From Bacilli bacterium (GTDB lineage Bacteria; Bacillota_I; Bacilli_A; RF39; UBA660): a stretch of 64,000 bases of DNA. The notes under the pieces were generated by a model. That model was not told the DNA's origin. It searched no databases and saw only the letters and a list, made by a program, of their open reading frames with translations. A program made the translations under genes and the position numbers. Positions 57,005-64,000 of the stretch are shown in pieces; the first letter of the stretch is position 1, and each line of letters starts with the position of its first letter. Where the stretch lies: positions 46,628 to 110,627 of the forward strand of contig JAFQTN010000014.1 of assembly GCA_017409025.1 (NCBI GenBank). The letters are read 5' to 3'.

Positions 57005-57759
57005 CCAAGAATATTTTCTAATTGTAAACTAAATAACATTACTATGAAACCTACGATAAAGAATATTATAGTCATCTTTTTGTCATAACCATTTCCAGTT
57101 GGCAATAATTTACCACTAGATATCTGTATCATAACACCAGCAATAAAAGCAAACAATAACCCTAATACTATATCATTAACATAATTAACTAAGAATAGTC
57201 CCGTTAAGATAGCTCCAAGTGGTTCAGATAATCCTGCTAAGAATGTATAAAGAATAGCTTTCTTTTTACTTTTAGTTGAATAATATATAGGAATTGCTAT
57301 ACTAATTCCTTCTGGTATATTATGAAGTGCTATCGCAATACATATAGAAATTCCTAACATAATATTTTTATTACTTACGATAAAAGTTACTATTCCTTCT
57401 GGTACATTGTGTAAAATAATTGCTATCATTGATAATATTCCTACTTTAAATAAAGAACCACTATTGCTAATTCTATCTATATAATGATCTAATATCATAG
57501 AAAGGATTATTCCAATAACAATAAATATAAAACATAAACTAATAATCCAAAAAGGATTAAAATTACTACTTAAATATCTTAATGATTCAGGAATTAAATC
57601 AAAAATAGAAATACATATCATAACACCTGAAGCGAAAGCACATGCTGAAGCTATAATTTTATCTTTGTTTTTAATTTTAATAAATATAGGGATTACTCCA
57701 ATTAGAGTAGCTAATCCAGCTAAAAAAGTAAGAATTAATGGATATAACATATTAATCAC
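57001..57759 (-). CDS. zupT: ZIP-family zinc transporter
   Basis: HNVPEG and HNIPEG metal-site motifs in an 8-TM protein. GTG start after AGGTGA. Confidence 0.85.
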   Translation of the reverse strand: MINMLYPLILTFLAGLATLIGVIPIFIKIKNKDKIIASACAFASGVMICISIFDLIPESLRYLSSNFNPFWIISLCFIFIVIGIILSMILDHYIDRISNSGSLFKVGILSMIAIILHNVPEGIVTFIVSNKNIMLGISICIAIALHNIPEGISIAIPIYYSTKSKKKAILYTFLAGLSEPLGAILTGLFLVNYVNDIVLGLLFAFIAGVMIQISSGKLLPTGNGYDKKMTIIFFIVGFIVMLFSLQLENILG

Positions 57760-57760
57760 C

Positions 57761-57788
57761 TAATTAATAATATGCATTTTATTAATTA
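57761..57788. promoter_or_regulatory. 28-bp near-perfect palindrome upstream of zupT (candidate metalloregulator operator)
   Basis: TAATTAATAATATGCATTTTATTAATTA has 26 of 28 positions self-complementary and is centred on ATGCAT. It abuts the zupT RBS. Confidence 0.3.
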
Positions 57789-57791
57789 TTT

Positions 57792-58642
57792 TTAAATATT
57801 TAATTCATTTATTAATTCATTTATCCAATCTTGCTTATTTATTTTGCTTATGGCAAACATTTTTTACCTAAATCTTTTAAGGAAGCACCACAATGGTATA
57901 AAATGGCTCTATCTATTATAATAAATCTATCGTGGATATTGTTATTAATTTTTAAAGTTATATTTTTATATTGTGATTTATATTTGCTGTAATCGTCATT
58001 ATTATATTTATTTGTAATAACTACAATTTTTTTATTAATTTTTCTAAGTATATCAAGTAAACTTTTGTCTAAGTAATTATCAATTATAATTATTTATTTT
58101 TCGGCCATATTAAAAATATCTAATAAAAGTGAATAAGAATCATATATTTGATCTTTGAAAAATAATCCATCTGTATCTTTGATTTTGTTAAAAGATTCTT
58201 GTAGTATTTTTATATCTTCGGTGTTTTTTAATACCTGATTATTAATATATTTTTGTTCTAATAAATCGGATGAAATATATTTTTTCATAGCTACAAATGC
58301 ATCCATTATGTTAATGCTTATTTCTGTGGCTATTTTAGATTTTATAATGGTAGCAAGCATAGCGACTCCTTGTTCTGTAAATACTCTAGGTGTACTTCTA
58401 GATTTGTTGCTAAAAGTTGTGGTCAATTTTTTTGACCGCAAAAATTTAACATCTTCTTCTGTAAGTCTCCAAGAAAATCTTTCTGGGAATTTTTCTATAT
58501 TATTTTTCACGGCTTGATTTATTTCTTTGGTTCCATTTTTACATTGGTATAATCTTGCTAAATCACAATCAAACATTACTTGCTTTCCTCTTATTTCGTA
58601 AATTATATTTTCGATATGTTCTATTTCTTTAATCTCGTTCAT
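57792..58642 (-). pseudogene. ORF6N-domain (KilA-N-like) protein gene disrupted by an in-frame TAA and a probable C-terminal frameshift
   Basis: The 182-aa ORF (58094-58642) carries the ORF6N motif (RGKQVMFDCDLARLY...FPERFSWRLT...RVFTEQGVAMLA). After the TAA at 58094-58096 the same frame continues stop-free as IIIIDNYLDKSLLDIL...HDRFIIIDRAILYHCGASLKDLGKKC. That sequence is the C-terminal half of long-form family members. Confidence 0.6.
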
Positions 58643-58703
58643 TTGTTACCTCCAGTAATATTAAAAATATTATAACAAACATTTGTTTATTTTACAATTT
58701 AAA

Positions 58704-58787
58704 AAACCAAATTTTACTATTAAATTATTATGAAAACTAAAAAACAAAAGATATTATTAATATGTAGTTAATAAACCAAATTTTACT
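58704..58787. repeat. 15-nt direct repeat AAACCAAATTTTACT x2
   Basis: Copies at 58704-58718 and 58773-58787, in the intergenic region between the ORF6N pseudogene and spoIVB. Confidence 0.6.
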
Positions 58788-58848
58788 CATCATATTTAGT
58801 TGTTTTTTGTTAAATTTAATAATGTAGTCTTAAAGGAGATGAAAGACT

Positions 58849-59823
58849 ATGAAGAAATTTATTTTATCTCTGCTGACTATCTATTTATTTATTCCAATAT
58901 CTGTTTTTGCTTATTCAGATTATATTATGGCAAGTGGGCAAAACATCGGTATAGAGTTAAAATCAGACTATGTTTTAGTTGTGGGTTCTTATAAAATTAA
59001 AAATTATAATGTACTAGTAGATACTGATTTAAAAATTGGTGATAAAATAACTAAGATTAATAATGAAAAAGTAACTTCTATAGAGGAAATGCAAAAAATC
59101 ATTAATGAAATAAATGAAGATGAAGTAGAAGTAACTTATATAAGAGGAAAAAAAGAATATACTGAACAAATAACTCTATATAAAGAAAATGGTGAATATA
59201 AGACTGGATTATATGTAAGAGATATGATACGAGGAGTAGCAACATTAACTTTTGTTGACGTTGCAAATAATAATACATTCGGTGCTCTAGGACATGAGAT
59301 TATAGAAAAGTCTACTAAAAGCAAATTTGATTCAAAAAATGGAACAATCTTCTCTTCAACAGTTACAAGTATCACAAAAAGCAGTAATGGTGATCCTGGT
59401 GAAAAAAATGCTCGTAGCGACTCTTCTTCTATCTATGGTAAAGTATCTGAAAATACATCTTCAGGAATATTTGGCACATACACATCATCACTTCCTAATT
59501 CCAAACTATATAAAGTCGCAACTCCTAATGAAATTAAGCAAGGTAAAGCTAAAATATTAACAGTTATAACTGAAAACAAAGTAGAAGAATTTGATATAAA
59601 CATCATAAGAATTAATGAAAACTCCAATTCAAAAAATATATTATTTGAAGTAACTGATGAACGCCTATTAGAAAAAACTGGTGGTATTGTTCAAGGAATG
59701 AGCGGTAGTCCAATTGTTCAAGGAGAAAATATCATCGGAGCAGTAAATTTCGTTTTAGTAGATTCTCCAGAAAAAGGATATGGAATATTTATTACAAATA
59801 TGTTAGAAGAAGCAGAAAACTAG
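58849..59823 (+). CDS. spoIVB: SpoIVB peptidase (S55)
   Basis: Signal/TM, PDZ-like segment (LKIGDKITKINNEKV) and GGIVQGMSGSPIV catalytic serine motif. AAGGAG RBS. Confidence 0.88.
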   Translation: MKKFILSLLTIYLFIPISVFAYSDYIMASGQNIGIELKSDYVLVVGSYKIKNYNVLVDTDLKIGDKITKINNEKVTSIEEMQKIINEINEDEVEVTYIRGKKEYTEQITLYKENGEYKTGLYVRDMIRGVATLTFVDVANNNTFGALGHEIIEKSTKSKFDSKNGTIFSSTVTSITKSSNGDPGEKNARSDSSSIYGKVSENTSSGIFGTYTSSLPNSKLYKVATPNEIKQGKAKILTVITENKVEEFDINIIRINENSNSKNILFEVTDERLLEKTGGIVQGMSGSPIVQGENIIGAVNFVLVDSPEKGYGIFITNMLEEAEN

Positions 59824-59850
59824 GAAGGATTAAACTTCCTAGTGTTTTTA
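59820..59850 (+). terminator. rho-independent terminator of spoIVB
   Basis: CTAGGAAG / CTTCCTAG stem followed by TGTTTTT. Confidence 0.7.
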
Positions 59851-59968
59851 TTAAAATTTATTTAATTAACTAAAAATTAATTAAATTGACATAAATAAAA
59901 TGCTTGTTATAATTATAGTGTCTAACTTTTATATTTAAAATAGTAATATAGTTTAAAGAAAGGAAAAT

Positions 59969-60858
59969 ATGGATTATTATAATGAGATAAAACAAGAGTT
60001 AATATCAAATGAAATTAACAAAAAAATAAAAGATTATTCTAAAAATAAATATGAATTAAATAAATATTACAATGTTGGCAAATTACTTTCAAAAGCAGGT
60101 AATCAGTACGGGGAAAATATAATAGAAAAATTTTCAAAAAAATTAATAATTGAGGTTGGAAAAAAGTATGATAAAAGTACATTATTTAAAATTAGAAAAT
60201 TTTATTTAGTGTTTTCTGATCAAAAAGTGGCGCCACTGGTGCCACAATTAAGTTGGAGTCATTGTTTAATTTTATTACCATTAAAAGATGTAAATAAAAT
60301 CAATTATTATATGAATCAAATATCCAAAAGAAATCTTTCCAAAAGACAATTACAGGAAATAATAAAAAACAAGAATATGAAAGATTACCAGAAAATACTA
60401 AAAACAATTTAATTAAAAAATCAAAATCAAATGTAGTAGATTTTGTAAAAAATCCGATATTAATTAAAAATAATAACAACCATGAAATTATATCTGAAAA
60501 GTTTTTACAAAAATTAATTCTTGAAGATATAGAATCATTTATGAAAGAATTAGGAAATTCTTTTTGTTTTGTTGGTAGTGAATATAAAATTTTATTAGAT
60601 AATACATTTAATTATATAGATTTATTATTATTTAATATTGAGTTTAATTGTTATGTAGTTATTGAACTTAAAATAACGGAACTTAAGAAAGAACATATTG
60701 GACAAATTCAAGTATATATGAATTATATAGATGAAAATCTAAAGAATTTTAATCAGAATAAAACAATAGGTTTAATCATATGTAAACAAGATAATAAATA
60801 TGTAATTAAATATTGTTCAGATGATAGAATAATTTCAAGAGTTTATGAATTAGTATAA
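59969..60858 (+). pseudogene. DUF1016/YhcG PD-(D/E)xK nuclease gene split by a frameshift
   Basis: ORF 59969-60412 (frame 2) holds the N-terminal part (..LSWSHCLILLPL..RNLSKRQLQEII). Frame 1 is open from at least 60301 and reads ..EYERLPENTKNNL...FLQKLILEDIESFMKELGNSFCFVGSEYKI...IELK (nuclease core) to 60858. The shift is near the A-run at 60364-60369. Confidence 0.65.
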
Positions 60859-61002
60859 TTTGTTATATAAAAATGTGATAGAAATAGGAAGAATAAATTT
60901 TCTATTTTTAATATAATTTTTATAGGATAAATTTTTATAATCTTGAAAATTTATTAAAACAATTATATAATATTAATGTATGAAAGTAGTAATGGTGATT
61001 AT

Positions 61003-63420
61003 ATGTCAAAAAGAAAGATAAAGACCAATTTTATAATAGTATTACTTTTTATATTACTAATATTATTTGTATTGTTAATAAATACTAGGCGTTTTAATAT
61101 TACATCAACTACAGATAGTAAATTATATATAAATGAAATTATGGCTATTAATAAAAACACTATTAAAGATTCTTATAATGAATATAGTGACTATATAGAA
61201 ATATATAATGGTTATGATTATGAAATAAATTTAAAGGGGTATTTTTTATCAGATGAAGTAACTAGTGATAAAAAATGGATGTTTCCTAATATCATAATTA
61301 AACCTAAAGAATATTTAGTTATATATGCATCAGAAAAAGATATGTGTGATTTAACTATAAGAGAGTGTCATACTAACTTTAAATTAGGTAGTAAAGGAGA
61401 AACATTATCTCTTCTTAATAATAAGGGCAAAGTGATAAGTAAGGTTAAATATCCAGAATTAACTGAAGATATATCCTATAGTTTAATAGATAATAATTAT
61501 AAATTAACTATAGGTACTCCTTATAAGACAAATGAAGATATAGAGTTAAATTTTGATGATACTATAGATGTAATTATTAATGAAGTAACAATTAAGTCAC
61601 CTGAAGCTATTGAACTTAAAAATTTAACTGATAAAGATATAGATTTATCTAATTATTATATTCAAGATAAAAGTGGAATTAAATATGAATTTAAAAATAT
61701 AAAAATTAAGGCTAATTCATATTTAGTTTTATATGGAAGTGATACTCCAAGTATTACAAATAATAAAATATATTTAGGTTTTAAAATAAATAATAGTAAT
61801 GAGATATTATATTTATATAAAAATAATAAATTAATAGATAAATTTGATGTAGGAAAACTAAATGAAAATATTAGTAAAGGTAGAAATGAAGAGTTAGAAG
61901 AAGTTATTTATAAAAAAGTGACTATAGGTTCTAATAATAGTAAAGTATATTATAAAGGTTTTTCTCAGATACCAGTATTTTCAAATAATGATGTATATGT
62001 AGAAAAAGGAATTAAAGTAAGCCTTACTGTTGGTGATAATAGTACGATATATTATACTTTAGATGGTTCTATTCCTAATAAGAATTCTAAAAAGTATGAT
62101 GGAGATATAACTATAAATAAAAATACTGTTATAAAAGCAATATCATATAAAGATGGATATATAGAATCGGATATAGAGTCTAGGACATATTTAGTTGGAA
62201 GACAACATGATTTACCAGTAATATCGATATCTACTAATAATAGTTATTTGTTTGGTAATGATGGAATATTTACAACTGGCTATAATGCAAGTTCATATTA
62301 TCCATATCAAGGGGCAAATTTTTGGAAGGATGTAGAGGTACCAATAACTTTTGAATTTTATGAAGAAGGACAATTAGCATTAAACTTTAATGGTGGCATG
62401 AAAATTTTTGGCGGATGGTCAAGAGGTGAGGCTCAGAAGAGTGTAGCAATCTATTTAAGAAAAAAATATGGAATACAAGAAATAACTTATCCATTTTTTG
62501 AAGATAATATAAATACTTTTTCTAAATTTATACTTCGTTCTGGTGGACAAGATTTTGGTAAATTAAAAATTAAGGATGCTTTCTTACAAGAAACTCTTGA
62601 TGGGCAAATGGATATTGACAAACAAGATTATCGTCCTGTTGTAGTATATATAAATGGCGAATATTATGGATTATATAATATAAGAGAGAAAACTGATACT
62701 TCATATGTAGAAAGACATTATGGATTAGATGAATCTGAGTTTGATTTTATCGAAAAGAATAGTGATGTTAAATCAGGAACAATAGATGAATACAATAAAT
62801 TATTAAATTATGTTAAAAACAATGATATAACTACTGATGAAGCGTATGAATATTTGGATAGTCAGGTGGATTTACAAGAGTTAGCTAATTACTGGGTGGT
62901 AGAAACATATTATGGTCAATTTGATCCAATGAATATAAAATTCTTTAAACCTGAAAATGGTAAATGGAGATGGATTTTGTTTGATTTAGATCAAACGTTA
63001 TTCTCATATTCATATAGAACAATTAATTGGAAGTTACCTTTTGAACCTTATGCTCATGGGAATAGTTATTATTTTAATACTACTCTTATGAATAGATTGA
63101 TTAAAAATCCTAAATTTAGGAGTTTATATATAAAAACATTTGCATATCACTTAAATAATACTTTTAAACCTGATAGAATGAATCAAATATTAGATAGAAT
63201 GGTTAATGAAATAAAGAGCGAAATGCCATATCACATTGATAGATGGTATAATGAAAGTATCAGAGTAAGTTCTTATACTCTAGATAATATGGATGAATGG
63301 TATAGTAATATTAATTATTTAAAAAAGCAATTAAAAGAAAGACATCAAATAGCTTTAAATACTATTAAAGAAGGATTGGGATTAACTAATGAAGAATATC
63401 AAAAATATTTTAAAAACTAA
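61003..63420 (+). CDS. cotH: CotH-family protein with lamin-tail (LTD) domains
   Basis: N-terminal TM helix, two LTD-like segments (LYINEIMA...SDYIEIYN and VIINEV...IELKNL), a chitobiase-C-like IYYTLDGSIPN segment and a CotH kinase-like C-terminal region (..LRSGGQDF..YYGLYNIREK..). GGTGA RBS favours the ATG at 61003. Confidence 0.75.
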   Translation: MSKRKIKTNFIIVLLFILLILFVLLINTRRFNITSTTDSKLYINEIMAINKNTIKDSYNEYSDYIEIYNGYDYEINLKGYFLSDEVTSDKKWMFPNIIIKPKEYLVIYASEKDMCDLTIRECHTNFKLGSKGETLSLLNNKGKVISKVKYPELTEDISYSLIDNNYKLTIGTPYKTNEDIELNFDDTIDVIINEVTIKSPEAIELKNLTDKDIDLSNYYIQDKSGIKYEFKNIKIKANSYLVLYGSDTPSITNNKIYLGFKINNSNEILYLYKNNKLIDKFDVGKLNENISKGRNEELEEVIYKKVTIGSNNSKVYYKGFSQIPVFSNNDVYVEKGIKVSLTVGDNSTIYYTLDGSIPNKNSKKYDGDITINKNTVIKAISYKDGYIESDIESRTYLVGRQHDLPVISISTNNSYLFGNDGIFTTGYNASSYYPYQGANFWKDVEVPITFEFYEEGQLALNFNGGMKIFGGWSRGEAQKSVAIYLRKKYGIQEITYPFFEDNINTFSKFILRSGGQDFGKLKIKDAFLQETLDGQMDIDKQDYRPVVVYINGEYYGLYNIREKTDTSYVERHYGLDESEFDFIEKNSDVKSGTIDEYNKLLNYVKNNDITTDEAYEYLDSQVDLQELANYWVVETYYGQFDPMNIKFFKPENGKWRWILFDLDQTLFSYSYRTINWKLPFEPYAHGNSYYFNTTLMNRLIKNPKFRSLYIKTFAYHLNNTFKPDRMNQILDRMVNEIKSEMPYHIDRWYNESIRVSSYTLDNMDEWYSNINYLKKQLKERHQIALNTIKEGLGLTNEEYQKYFKN

Positions 63421-64000
63421 TGAATACTTGATAATAATTATTCTTTTTGTAGTTATTACATTATTAATATTAATATTTCCTAATCTGGATAATTCGTATG
63501 TAATATCTAGTAAACTATATATAAATGAAATAATGGTAAATAATACGTATACCCATAAAGATAATTATAGTGATTTTAGTGATTATATAGAAATATACAA
63601 TAACTATAATTATAGTATCAATCTAGATGGCTATCACTTATCAGATAGTGAATTTGAAACTAAGAAATGGACATTCCCTAATATAACAATAGAACCAAAT
63701 GAATATTTAATTATATATGCATCAGGAAAAGATACTTGTGATATAGATAATAAAATATGTCATACTAATTTTAAATTAAGTAGTAAAGGAGAGACTATTA
63801 CACTGTCTGATAAAACAAATAATATAATTAATAAATTTACTTATCCTGCTTTGGCAAATGATACTGCTTATGGTTATGTATCTAGAAAATATACATATCT
63901 AAATAATCCATCTCCTGGGAACAAAAATGATAGTAAAATGAAGTATCTTAAACTATCTAATAAAGATATTTATATAAATGAATATATGTCTCACAATCAA
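63389..64000 (+). CDS. second CotH/LTD paralog, 5' part (runs off the window)
   Basis: Not in the ORF track because no stop is reached. MKNIKNILKTNEYLIIIILFVVITLLILIF...KLYINEIMVNN...SDYIEIYNN...CHTNFKLSSKGETITL is collinear with the N-terminus of 61003-63420. It overlaps the upstream gene by 32 nt. Confidence 0.65.
   Translation, partial: MKNIKNILKTNEYLIIIILFVVITLLILIFPNLDNSYVISSKLYINEIMVNNTYTHKDNYSDFSDYIEIYNNYNYSINLDGYHLSDSEFETKKWTFPNITIEPNEYLIIYASGKDTCDIDNKICHTNFKLSSKGETITLSDKTNNIINKFTYPALANDTAYGYVSRKYTYLNNPSPGNKNDSKMKYLKLSNKDIYINEYMSHNQ

Noticed and set aside
1-64000. CRISPR arrays, rRNA operons, IS elements or transposases, prophage or integrase-bounded islands, reverse transcriptases.
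   Set aside because: No regularly spaced repeats, rRNA-like GC-rich stretches, DDE transposase or phage structural gene signatures were seen on either strand. The only recombinase is a chromosomal XerC/D-type gene.

Overview
This is a very AT-rich chromosomal segment (roughly a quarter G+C by eye) from an endospore-forming Firmicute; I cannot name the organism from sequence alone. Most of the window is core genome. Sporulation genes: cotY/Z-like, spoVAC-spoVAD-spoVAE, cse60, the rpsT/gpr-spoIIP-yqxA-like block, spoIVB and two tandem cotH-like genes. Translation and RNA genes: tgt fragment, rnr, smpB, rpsU, yqeY, hisS, rpsT, tRNA-Arg(CCU) and a candidate 6S RNA upstream of a tcdA/yrvM-like gene. 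Envelope and central metabolism: murI, glmS, uppS, eno and a PMM/PGM. Metal homeostasis: an ArsR/CadC-type repressor with a CPC P-type ATPase, and a ZIP transporter. Also present: rarA and xerD. I saw no rRNA, CRISPR array, transposase or phage block. The least ordinary part is a co-directional block at about 4.9-20.6 kb between the spoVA operon and rnr. It holds (i) four tandem paralogs built from ~35-aa repeats that look like the organellar mTERF motif, (ii) a condensation-domain-like HxxxDG protein coupled to a zinc-ribbon membrane protein, (iii) four tandem paralogs of large all-helical proteins with an AbiEi-like winged-helix N-terminus and TPR-like segments, and (iv) a secreted protein with a TasA/SipW-type signal peptide, which has a second copy at 26.8 kb. 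Other points: a strongly expressed-looking 27-aa hydrophobic ORF convergent with a possible small RNA, an RnfC/RnfD-like pair without the other Rnf subunits nearby, two tandem APH/CotS-like kinase-fold paralogs, and two decayed genes (ORF6N-domain, DUF1016/YhcG nuclease) flanking spoIVB. All functional calls come from motif recognition by eye; no database search or folding program was run.
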